64,000 nt of DNA, from the NCBI RefSeq assembly GCF_051903065.1, contig NZ_CP178438.1, one strand, 5' to 3'. The stretch comes from Escherichia coli (GTDB taxonomy: Bacteria > Pseudomonadota > Gammaproteobacteria > Enterobacterales > Enterobacteriaceae). The translations under genes and the position numbers were made by a program. Below, piece by piece: positions 10,064 to 19,470 of this stretch. The number at the start of each line of letters is the position of its first letter. Position 1 is the stretch's first letter. The notes under the pieces were generated by a model, which did no database searches, was not told where the DNA came from, and saw only the letters and a list, made by a program, of their open reading frames with translations.

Positions 10064-10094
10064 AGGCCACCTTCTAATAGGTGGCTTTTTTATT
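10064..10094 (+). terminator. rho-independent terminator
   Basis: AGGCCACC-TTCTAATA-GGTGGCTT stem-loop followed by TTTTTATTTT. Confidence 0.6.
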
Positions 10095-10106
10095 TTCGGA
10101 GTGTAT

Positions 10107-11435
10107 ATGACGTGGAAAGACAGGCTTCAGGATGCGTCATTTCGAGGTGTGCCGTTTAAGGTTGAAGAAGAAAGTGCGGGAACCGGCCGTCGTGTGGAAA
10201 CACACGAATATCCGAACCGCGACAAACCCTATACCGAAGATCTGGGAAAAGTCACTTTCCGCCCGTCCATCACGGCTTATGTGGTGGGAGATGACTGCTT
10301 TGACCAGCGCGATCGCCTGATTGACGCGCTGAATAAACCCGGTCCCGGCACGCTTGTCCACCCGACATACGGTGAGTTGAAAGTCTGTGTTGACGGGGAA
10401 GTTCGGGTCAGCACATCGAAGAGTGAAGGGCGTATTGTCCGCTTTGACCTGAAGTTTGTCGAAGCGGGAGATCTCTCTTACCCCACATCAGGCGTGGCGA
10501 CGGCGCAGACGCTGATGTCATCCTGTTCTGCACTGGATGACTGCATCAGTGACAGCTTCAGCGGTTTCAGTATCGATGGCGTGGCGGATTTTGTGCAGAA
10601 CGACGTTATCGGTAATGCCAGCACAATGCTTGGGTATGTTTCTGATGCGATGAAAGTGGTGGATTCTGCCGTATCGGATGCCGCCAGGCTGTTGCAGGGT
10701 GATATCTCGGTACTTCTGCCGCCGCCATCGTCAGGCAAAAATTTCGTTGAGCAGGTGCAGAAAATGTGGCGTACCGGGAAACGCCTTTATGGTAACGCCA
10801 GCGACCTGGTCACCATGATCAAAACGCTTTCCGGTGTCAGCCTCGGCAGCGATCTGCAACCGCGCGGCGTCTGGAAAACGGACAGTAAAACCACCGCCAC
10901 GGCGACGCAGCAGCGTAACGTGGTTGCCAGCACCCTTCGTACGACCGCAATCAGCGAAGCGGCGTATGCCGTCATCCGATTGCCTGCGCCAACAACTTCC
11001 GCGGTGATGCAGAATGCCACAGTGGGGCAGGCAACAACACCCGCGCAGAGCACTGGCTGGCCTTCCGTCACGCATCCGGCACTGAACAATGCACCGGCGG
11101 TGAAAAACACGGTTGACCTGCCGACGTGGGAAGAACTGACTGACATTCGCGACACACTGAATACGGCAATTGATAAGGAGTTGTCCCGTACAACCAGCGA
11201 TGCGCTGTTTCTGGCGCTGCGCCGGGTGAAAGCAGATCTGAATGCGGATATCAACACGCGCCTTGAACAGTCTGCACGGATCATTCAGCGCACACCGGAT
11301 GAGGTTTTACCCGCGCTGGTGCTGGCGGCGACCTGGTTTGATAACGCGGCGCGTGACGCGGACATTATCCGGCGTAATGCCATTACGCATCCCGGCTTTG
11401 TGCCGGTGATCCCTCTGAAGGTGCCAGTGCAATGA
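10107..11435 (+). CDS. DNA circularisation protein (Mu gp43-like tail protein)
   Basis: ATG at 10107 five nt after GGAG; N-terminal region resembles the DNA-circulation family; position after tape measure as in Mu-like tails. Confidence 0.7.
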   Translation: MTWKDRLQDASFRGVPFKVEEESAGTGRRVETHEYPNRDKPYTEDLGKVTFRPSITAYVVGDDCFDQRDRLIDALNKPGPGTLVHPTYGELKVCVDGEVRVSTSKSEGRIVRFDLKFVEAGDLSYPTSGVATAQTLMSSCSALDDCISDSFSGFSIDGVADFVQNDVIGNASTMLGYVSDAMKVVDSAVSDAARLLQGDISVLLPPPSSGKNFVEQVQKMWRTGKRLYGNASDLVTMIKTLSGVSLGSDLQPRGVWKTDSKTTATATQQRNVVASTLRTTAISEAAYAVIRLPAPTTSAVMQNATVGQATTPAQSTGWPSVTHPALNNAPAVKNTVDLPTWEELTDIRDTLNTAIDKELSRTTSDALFLALRRVKADLNADINTRLEQSARIIQRTPDEVLPALVLAATWFDNAARDADIIRRNAITHPGFVPVIPLKVPVQ

Positions 11436-12511
11436 ACGACAATGTCACGCTACGGGTAAATGGCCGGGAGTGGAATGGCTGGACATCGGTGCGCATCGGT
11501 GCCGGTATTGAACGGTTGGCGCGGGATTTCAGTGTGGAGATCACCCGCCAGTGGCCGGGTGATGAGGGTATTACCACGCTTCAGCCGCGCATTAAAAACG
11601 GTTCAAAAGTGGAGGTGCTGATTGGTGATGAGCTGGTGATCACCGGCTGGGTGGAGGCGACGCCCGTTCGTTACGATGCCCGTTCGGTCAGCACCGGTAT
11701 TGCCGGACGTAGTCTGACGGCTGACCTGATTGACTGTGCAGCCGAACCGACACAGTTTAACGGACGATCACTGGTACAGATTGCGCAGGCGCTTGCTGCG
11801 CCCTTCGGCATTGAGGTGGTGAACAGCAGTGCGCCGTCGGGTGTTATTCCTGATGTCCAGCCTGATCACGGTGAAACGGTGATCGAGGTGATTAACAAAA
11901 TACTCGGTCAGCAGCAGGCGCTGGCTTATGACGACCCGCACGGCAGGCTGGTGATTGGCGGTATTGGCTCAACGCGGGCACATACCGCGCTGGTACTCGG
12001 GGAAAACATCCTTTCCTGCGATACGGAGAAGAGTATCCGGGAGCGATTTTCTGTTTACCAGGTGGCGGGGCAGCGTGCCGGAAACGACGATGATTTCGGT
12101 GAGGCCACCACCACCGCGCTGCGGGCCCGCACAGAGGACGCATTTATTGCCCGTTACCGTCCGATGTATATCAGGCAGACAGGGCAGGCTACGGGGGCAG
12201 GTTGTATTGCCCGTGCGGACTTTGAAGCCCGACAACGGGCGGCGCGGACGGATGAAACCACCTATGTGGTGCAGGGCTGGCGACAGGGTAACGGTACGCT
12301 GTGGCAGCCCAACCAGCGGGTGATTGTCTTTGATCCGGTCTGTGGTTTCGACAATACCGAACTGCTTGTCTCGGAAGTCACGTTTACTCAGGACCAGAAT
12401 GGCACCCTGACGGAAATCCGTGTCGGCCCACCTGATGCTTATCTGCCTGAACCCGAAGCCCCCGGCGCGCGGAAAAAGAAAAAAGCCAGAGTACAGGAGG
12501 ACCCGTTCTGA
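11432..12511 (+). CDS. baseplate hub / tail protein (Mu gp44, P2 gpD-like)
   Basis: 359-aa ORF, overlapping start (ATGA), Mu-like baseplate gene order. Confidence 0.6.
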   Translation: MNDNVTLRVNGREWNGWTSVRIGAGIERLARDFSVEITRQWPGDEGITTLQPRIKNGSKVEVLIGDELVITGWVEATPVRYDARSVSTGIAGRSLTADLIDCAAEPTQFNGRSLVQIAQALAAPFGIEVVNSSAPSGVIPDVQPDHGETVIEVINKILGQQQALAYDDPHGRLVIGGIGSTRAHTALVLGENILSCDTEKSIRERFSVYQVAGQRAGNDDDFGEATTTALRARTEDAFIARYRPMYIRQTGQATGAGCIARADFEARQRAARTDETTYVVQGWRQGNGTLWQPNQRVIVFDPVCGFDNTELLVSEVTFTQDQNGTLTEIRVGPPDAYLPEPEAPGARKKKKARVQEDPF

Positions 12512-13059
12512 TGAAGGCGATTGAAACCATACAGCGACAACTCCTCGGCCTGATTGGGCGGGCGGTGGTGAAAAGCATCAGTGCCGCCACGAAATGTCAG
12601 ACCGTGGATGTGTCCCTGATTGCCGGTGAACCCAAAGCCGGGGTTGAACATCTTGAACCCTACGGTTTTACCGCAAGGGCAAACAGCGGTGCGGAAGCGG
12701 TGGTGTTGTTTCCGGATGGTGACCGTTCTCATGCGGTGGTTGTTACGGTGTCGGACCGGCGCTACCGCCTGAAAGGGCTGCAGACGGGTGAGGTGGCTGT
12801 CTATGACGATCAGGGGCAGTCCGTGACGCTGACCCGGGCGGGGATCGTGGTGGACGGTGCAGGGAAAACGATCACGTTTCGCAATGCGCCTAAGGCTCGT
12901 TTTGAAATGGACCTGGAAGTGACCGGACAGGTGAAAGACCTGTGCGACTCCAGCGGCACCACCATGTCAGCGATGAGGCTTGCCTATAACGGGCATCGTC
13001 ACAGAGAGAACGGTCAGGGCAGTAACACCGACAAACCTGATAAAGCGATGGAGGCATGA
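12511..13059 (+). CDS. baseplate assembly protein V (spike)
   Basis: 182-aa ORF, gpV-like sequence, synteny. Confidence 0.65.
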   Translation: MKAIETIQRQLLGLIGRAVVKSISAATKCQTVDVSLIAGEPKAGVEHLEPYGFTARANSGAEAVVLFPDGDRSHAVVVTVSDRRYRLKGLQTGEVAVYDDQGQSVTLTRAGIVVDGAGKTITFRNAPKARFEMDLEVTGQVKDLCDSSGTTMSAMRLAYNGHRHRENGQGSNTDKPDKAMEA

Positions 13060-13484
13060 TGGAACTGTGGCTGACGGTGAACGGTAAACGCACCTGCGCC
13101 AGCGCACCGCTGGATCCGCTGACCCGTGCCGTGGTGATTTCCATGTTCACCTGGCGGCGGGCTGAACCTGATGACAATGCCGACGTCCCGATGGGATGGT
13201 GGGGGGATACCTGGCCTGCGGTACAGAATGACCGTTACGGCTCCCGACTGTGGCTGCTTCAGCGCAGCAAACTGACCAATCAGCTGGTGCAGACGGTAAG
13301 GGGGTATATCCGCGAATGCCTGCAATGGATGATTGATGATGGCGTGGTGTCCCGTATTGATCTGGATATCCGCCGCACCGGGATTAATGAACTGGGTAAC
13401 AGTATCACTCTCTGGCGTCGTGACGGACCGGTAATGATTTCTTTTGATGATCTGTGGAGTGCGATAACGCATGGCGGACAGTGA
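13056..13484 (+). CDS. baseplate protein (Mu gp46 / gpW-gp25-like)
   Basis: 142-aa ORF, overlapping start, synteny. Confidence 0.55.
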   Translation: MMELWLTVNGKRTCASAPLDPLTRAVVISMFTWRRAEPDDNADVPMGWWGDTWPAVQNDRYGSRLWLLQRSKLTNQLVQTVRGYIRECLQWMIDDGVVSRIDLDIRRTGINELGNSITLWRRDGPVMISFDDLWSAITHGGQ

Positions 13485-14529
13485 ATTTCAGCGTCCGACG
13501 CTGGCAGAAAATATCAGTATGCTCCGTAACGATTTATTCGCCAGGCTGGATGTCAGCGACACGCTCCGGCGCATGGATGAAGACGTGCGGGCAATGGTGT
13601 ATGCGGCGGCGCTGCATACGGTTTACGGGTACATCGATTATCTGGCAATGAACATGCTGCCTGACCTGTGCGATGAGTCCTGGCTGGCGCGACATGCTGC
13701 GATGAAACGGTGTCCGCGCAAGGGGGCCACGGCTGCCAGCGGGTATATGCGCTGGGAAGGTGTCAGCGATGGCCTGAAGGTGACCGCCGGGAGTGTTATT
13801 CAGCGCGATGACCTGGTGCAGTACACGGCAACTGCCGATGCAACCAGCTCCGGTGGTGTCCTGCGCGTGCCGATCGCCTGCTCAAGTGCAGGCGCGGTCG
13901 GTAACGCTGACGACGGTACGGCATTAATCCTGGTCACGCCGGTGAATGGTCTGCCGTCTTCCGGTGTGGCTGACACCCTGACAGGCGGATTTGATACTGA
14001 AGAGCTGGAAACGTGGCGCGCCCGCGTCATTGAGCGGTATTACTGGACGCCGCAGGGCGGGGCTGACGGGGACTATGTCGTCTGGGCTAAAGAAGTGCCC
14101 GGCATTACCCGCGCATGGACATACCGTCACTGGATGGGAACGGGGACTGTCGGTGTGATGATTGCCAGCAGCGACCTGATTAATCCCATTCCGGAAGAAT
14201 CAACGGAAACGGCGGCAAGACAACATATCGGGCCACTGGCTCCGGTGGCAGGCTCTGATTTGTATGTGTTCAGGCCGGTGGCACATACGGTGGATTTTCA
14301 TATCCGCGTTACGCCGGATACACCGGAAATACGAGCCGCCATCACCGCGGAGTTGCGTTCGTTCCTGTTGCGTGATGGTTATCCGCAGGGAGAACTGAAG
14401 GTATCGCGTATCAGTGAGGCGATTTCCGGTGCAAACGGGGAATACAGCCATCAGTTGCTTGCACCGGCGGACAATATCTCCATTGCAAAAAATGAACTGG
14501 CGGTTCTGGGGACGATTTCATGGACGTGA
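13471..14529 (+). CDS. baseplate J-like protein (Mu gp47)
   Basis: 352-aa ORF, synteny between gpW-like and gpI-like genes. Confidence 0.7.
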   Translation: MADSEFQRPTLAENISMLRNDLFARLDVSDTLRRMDEDVRAMVYAAALHTVYGYIDYLAMNMLPDLCDESWLARHAAMKRCPRKGATAASGYMRWEGVSDGLKVTAGSVIQRDDLVQYTATADATSSGGVLRVPIACSSAGAVGNADDGTALILVTPVNGLPSSGVADTLTGGFDTEELETWRARVIERYYWTPQGGADGDYVVWAKEVPGITRAWTYRHWMGTGTVGVMIASSDLINPIPEESTETAARQHIGPLAPVAGSDLYVFRPVAHTVDFHIRVTPDTPEIRAAITAELRSFLLRDGYPQGELKVSRISEAISGANGEYSHQLLAPADNISIAKNELAVLGTISWT

Positions 14530-15104
14530 CAAACGATGATTACATCCGTCTGTTGTCGGCACTGTTGCCCCCCGGTCCGGCGTGGTCAGCCAGCGATCCG
14601 GCGATTGCCGGTGCGGCACCTTCATTAACTCGTGCTCATCAGCGTGCGGATGCCCTGATGCGGGAGCTGGATCCGCGCACCACCACTGAACTGATAAACC
14701 GCTGGGAGCGTCTGTGCGGTCTGCCGGATGAATGTATTCCCGCAGGGACACAGACCCTTCGCCAGCGTCAGCAACGGCTGGATGCGAAGGTTAACCTGGC
14801 GGGCGGCATCAACGAGGATTTTTATCTTGCACAGCTTGCTGTCCTGGGCAGACCAGATGCCACCATCACGCGATACGACAAAAGCACGTTCACCTGCTCA
14901 TCGGCCTGTACTGACGCTGTGAACGCGCCTGAATGGCGGTATTACTGGCAGGTCAACATGCCAGCCGCCACCAACACCACCTGGATGACATGTGGCGATC
15001 CCTGTGATTCCGCACTGCGTATCTGGGGCGACACAGTTGTCGAATGTGTGCTTAACAAACTCTGCCCGTCGCATACCTACGTAATTTTTAAATATCCGGA
15101 GTAA
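14520..15104 (+). CDS. tail protein (Mu gp48 / P2 gpI-like)
   Basis: 194-aa ORF, synteny immediately upstream of tail fibre gene. Confidence 0.6.
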   Translation: MDVTNDDYIRLLSALLPPGPAWSASDPAIAGAAPSLTRAHQRADALMRELDPRTTTELINRWERLCGLPDECIPAGTQTLRQRQQRLDAKVNLAGGINEDFYLAQLAVLGRPDATITRYDKSTFTCSSACTDAVNAPEWRYYWQVNMPAATNTTWMTCGDPCDSALRIWGDTVVECVLNKLCPSHTYVIFKYPE

Positions 15105-15107
15105 TCC

Positions 15108-15833
15108 ATGCATCGTATAGACACGAAAACCGCGCAGAAGGATAAGTTCGGCGCGGGTAAGAACGGTTTTACCCGTGGTAACCCCCAGACCGGCACGCCT
15201 GCCACCGATCTGGATGATGACTACTTTGACATGTTGCAGGAGGAGCTTTGCAGCGTTGTGGAGGCGTCCGGTGCCAGCCTGGAGAAGGGGCGGCACGACC
15301 AGCTACTTACCGCGCTTCGCGCGCTGCTGTTAAGCCGCAAGAATCCGTTTGGCGATATCAAATCGGATGGCACGGTGAAAACGGCTCTCGAAAACCTTGG
15401 TTTGGGGGAAGGCTCTGCGTTGCCCGTTGGTGTACCTGTTCCGTGGCCCTCAGCCACACCGCCAGCAGGGTGGCTGAAATGTAACGGCGCAGCATTTTCT
15501 TCTGAAATGTACCCCAATCTGGCAAAGGCTTATCCTACAAATAAATTACCGGATTTACGCGGTGAGTTTATTCGTGGCTGGGATGATGGGCGTGGAGTGG
15601 ATAGTGGGCGCGCGTTATTATCAACTCAAACAGATGAATTTAAATCACATAGTCATTATTTCGAAAGAACATGGGCACAAACTGGATTTGATACAACAGG
15701 TGGATATTATCTTTTAGCCGCTGATGTTTCTGGCTCAGTAAATCAACAGAGATCCGATAGCACTAACTCGGTGGGGGGGAGAGAATCTCGCCCTCGTAAT
15801 ATTGCATTTAACTATATTGTGAGAGCTGTGTAA
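15108..15833 (+). CDS. tail fibre protein; constant N-terminus (15108-15397) joined to variable C-terminus inside the invertible segment
   Basis: 241-aa ORF; crossover site lies inside the ORF at 15392-15403; followed by tail fibre assembly gene. Confidence 0.65.
   Translation: MHRIDTKTAQKDKFGAGKNGFTRGNPQTGTPATDLDDDYFDMLQEELCSVVEASGASLEKGRHDQLLTALRALLLSRKNPFGDIKSDGTVKTALENLGLGEGSALPVGVPVPWPSATPPAGWLKCNGAAFSSEMYPNLAKAYPTNKLPDLRGEFIRGWDDGRGVDSGRALLSTQTDEFKSHSHYFERTWAQTGFDTTGGYYLLAADVSGSVNQQRSDSTNSVGGRESRPRNIAFNYIVRAV
15392..15403. other. left invertase crossover site (AAACC-TT-GGTTT)
   Basis: Dyad-symmetric site resembling gix/cix/hix; inverted copy at 17301-17312. Confidence 0.5.
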
Positions 15834-16435
15834 TGGATAATGCTGTATTAAATAGCGAACATATTGCTACGAAGGCTGGAAATGTTACTGTTTATAACTT
15901 TGACGGTGAAACGCGAGAGTATATTTCCCCATCTATTGAATATATTGCCGTTGGTGTCGGTATTCCGGCATATTCATGTTTAGATGCTCCTGCCACACGT
16001 AAAGATGGTTATGCAATTTGCCGTTCTGCAGATTTTAACTCATGGGAATATGTGCCAGACCATCGCGGTGAAACGGTCTATAGCACTGAAACAGGAGAAT
16101 CAAAAGAAATCACAGCTCCGGGTGATTACCCTGAAAATACAACCACTATCTCCCCATTAACGCCATACGATAAATGGGATGGTGAGAAATGGGTGACCGA
16201 TACTGAAGCACAGCATAGCGCCGCAGTAGACGCGGCAGAAGCACAGCGCCAGTCACTGATTAATGCTGCAATGGCTTCCATTAGTCTGATTCAGCTGAAA
16301 TTACAGGCCGGACGGAAACTGACGCAGGCAGAAACAACCCGGCTTAACGCTGTGCTGGATTACATTGACGCGGTGATGGCAACAGATACCAGCACCGCGC
16401 CGAATGTCATCTGGCCTGAACTGCCGGAGGCGTAG
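15833..16435 (+). CDS. tail fibre assembly protein (current orientation)
   Basis: 200-aa ORF overlapping tail fibre stop; Tfa-like. Confidence 0.6.
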   Translation: MDNAVLNSEHIATKAGNVTVYNFDGETREYISPSIEYIAVGVGIPAYSCLDAPATRKDGYAICRSADFNSWEYVPDHRGETVYSTETGESKEITAPGDYPENTTTISPLTPYDKWDGEKWVTDTEAQHSAAVDAAEAQRQSLINAAMASISLIQLKLQAGRKLTQAETTRLNAVLDYIDAVMATDTSTAPNVIWPELPEA

Positions 16436-16850
16436 GCCATTCAATATCTGGAGCACTGGAGGGATCAACCAGTTCCAGTGCGTCCAGATAATCCAGCCAT
16501 AAATTATATTGTTCCAGCTCGTCACCTTTCAGACGACCAATAGCAGCTTTGCCAGGCCACTGATGGGTATTGATGTAGGTATTGGCTTCTGAAACCAAAG
16601 ATATTTTTTTCATTTCAGCCGTCAATACCTCATCCTCTTTTGAAGGTGGTGGGGAATTAATCCATACTGGCCGTCCTGAACTGTCAGCGCCAATTTCTTT
16701 CCCTTCTGGATGCAGCCCAAGAAATTGCTCATATATTTCTCTGGTAATTTCAATAACATCATCAGGAAGCGTTCCCGCATCCTCATATTCTGGAAATAAT
16801 TCTTGCAGATAAAAACTTTTACTTCCGGGTGAAAAGAATACTGAGTTCAT
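16407..16850 (-). CDS. alternative tail fibre assembly protein (inverted copy)
   Basis: 147-aa ORF on opposite strand, convergent with 15833-16435; C-terminus similar in character (EWPxPP motif). Confidence 0.55.
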   Translation of the reverse strand: MNSVFFSPGSKSFYLQELFPEYEDAGTLPDDVIEITREIYEQFLGLHPEGKEIGADSSGRPVWINSPPPSKEDEVLTAEMKKISLVSEANTYINTHQWPGKAAIGRLKGDELEQYNLWLDYLDALELVDPSSAPDIEWPTPPAVQAR

Positions 16851-16852
16851 TC

Positions 16853-17307
16853 TTACCGTCCAATGATTAACGCTGATACGCTGGTATCTGAAGGAAAGGC
16901 TGCATTCAGTGGTTTGTCGACTTTGAACACAATCGTATTATTCCCCCTGACAGCGGCAAAAGAACAAGCCGCCGTCGCGTATGAACCTGTAATATTACTG
17001 GATACACCACCATAAGCTGTTGTTGATACCAGAGGGATAACGCCCAGCACCTTATTAGGAAATACAAAGGGCAATGTGGCTGTGGCAATATAAGACTTAT
17101 TAGAGCCTGTAATGGCATAAGCATTATCAGTCATTCCATTCATCGCCACTGGACCGCTTATACTTACAGTAACCATCTGAATGATTAGCCCGTCAGGTTG
17201 ACGAATCACAAAATTTCCATTGCCACCAGTAACCGTCCAGAAAGACATATCAGGGATTTGGTTTTCCCCGTTGCCCACATTCCGTTTTGCCGCTTCTCCC
17301 AAACCAA
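16853..17307 (-). CDS. alternative tail fibre variable C-terminal segment (promoterless until inversion)
   Basis: ORF open on minus strand up to the right crossover site; no independent start expected. Confidence 0.5.
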
Positions 17308-17312
17308 CGTTT
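17301..17312. other. right invertase crossover site (AAACC-AA-CGTTT)
   Basis: Inverted repeat of the site at 15392-15403. Confidence 0.5.
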
Positions 17313-17373
17313 ATGAAAATGCAGAAATAACGAGCAAATGGCATCATTCCTGCTTTTGTCAGGGAGATCTACC

Positions 17374-17928
17374 ATGCTTATTGGCTATGTACGTGTGTCA
17401 ACAAATGACCAGAACACAGATCTACAACGTAATGCGCTGAACTGTGCAGGATGCGAGCTGATTTTTGAAGACAAGATAAGCGGTACAAAGTCCGAAAGGC
17501 CGGGACTGAAAAAACTGCTCAGGACATTATCGGCAGGTGACACTCTGGTTGTCTGGAAGCTGGATCGGCTAGGGCGTAGTATGCGGCATCTGGTCATTCT
17601 GGTTGAGGAGTTGCGCGAACGTGGCGTTAATTTTCGCAGCCTGACGGATGCTATTGATACCAGCACACCGATGGGGCGTTTTTTCTTTCATGTGATGGGT
17701 GCCCTGGCTGAAATGGAACGAGAACTGATTGTTGAACGAACAAAAGCTGGACTGGAAGCTGCTCGCGCACAGGGACGAATTGGTGGACGTCGTCCCAAAC
17801 TTACACCAGAACAATGGGCGCAGGCCGGGCGATTAATTGCATCAGGCGTTCCTCGCCAGAAGGTGGCGATCATCTATGATGTTGGTATATCGACACTGTA
17901 TAAGAAGTTTCCGGTCGGAGATAAATGA
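17374..17928 (+). CDS. site-specific DNA invertase, serine recombinase (Pin/Gin/Hin family)
   Basis: N-terminus MLIGYVRVSTNDQNTDLQ with catalytic Ser; AGGGAG RBS; C-terminal HTH; located beside the invertible segment. Confidence 0.9.
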   Translation: MLIGYVRVSTNDQNTDLQRNALNCAGCELIFEDKISGTKSERPGLKKLLRTLSAGDTLVVWKLDRLGRSMRHLVILVEELRERGVNFRSLTDAIDTSTPMGRFFFHVMGALAEMERELIVERTKAGLEAARAQGRIGGRRPKLTPEQWAQAGRLIASGVPRQKVAIIYDVGISTLYKKFPVGDK

Positions 17929-17966
17929 AACCGTAGCACGTCGTATGCAAGATCGTGCTGCGGTTT
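17928..17966. repeat. hairpin-forming repeat A (13-bp arms, 13-nt loop), probable terminator-like element
   Basis: AAACCGTAGCACG-N13-CGTGCTGCGGTTT directly after invertase stop; imperfect direct copy at 18947-18983. Confidence 0.5.
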
Positions 17967-17985
17967 ATGCTTATCACTTAAAGAC

Positions 17986-18855
<870 letters not shown>

Positions 18856-18946
18856 CTAATCCTTTGAATTTACATAGTAAAAAAGATACTTTTCCTCATA
18901 GTGTGAGCTAATTTTATGTTTCGTTTGATGATCGGACCGGTCTCAA

Positions 18947-18983
18947 AAACCGCAGGCACGTTGTATGCAAGAACGTGCTGTGG
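18947..18983. repeat. repeat B, degenerate copy of repeat A
   Basis: AAACCGCAGGCACGTTGTATGCAAGAACGTGCTGTGG; about 36 of 41 positions match repeat A by hand alignment. Confidence 0.45.
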
Positions 18984-19318
18984 CTGGCTGGTGAACTTCC
19001 AATAGTGCGAATATTGAATGATTTCTATCTGTTATAGATTTTACCGTATTTCGGCATGAATGAAACTGAATATCCTCCCACCGATTCTCCATGACTTTAC
19101 GCCACTGTCTCTAGGGCTGCTATGTGCCAGAGGCGGACGTTGTTAAAATAGAAAATATCCCAACCTTGTATGAGTCGTGCAATAATTTCGAACTTTATAC
19201 AAAGCTTTGGTTGTAAAGGTGTATAACCACAAGTGACATTAATCACATTTGTAAAGGCAAAATGCAACAAACTGAATTAGTTAATTGCGTAAATTTGAAG
19301 TTATGTTAAGGTGGTGAT

Positions 19319-19451
19319 GGTTTATGGGCAGATTTTGGGTCGCGTTTCGCGATCAGTGAAAAAAATGTCCGATAGGATTGCCTTTCAGGATCTCATGTTC
19401 CTCGCATTTCTTAAGGTTCTTGTCAAGTTTGCGTAAGAGTGCCCATAAACC
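19319..19451 (+). ncRNA. candidate retron msr/msd non-coding RNA bounded by a1/a2 inverted repeats
   Basis: Perfect 12-bp inverted repeat GGTTTATGGGCA (19319-19330) / TGCCCATAAACC (19440-19451), the latter 19 nt upstream of the RT start; internal hairpin TCGCG-TTT-CGCGA at 19340-19352. Confidence 0.4.
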
Positions 19452-19470
19452 CTTTTAGAGGCGATCTAAA

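Larger units (their letters stand above)
15397..17307. other. invertible tail-fibre host-range segment (G/P-segment-like, about 1.9 kb)
   Basis: Bounded by inverted crossover sites; contains convergent pairs of tail-fibre C-terminus and tail-fibre assembly genes; invertase gene immediately outside. Confidence 0.55.
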
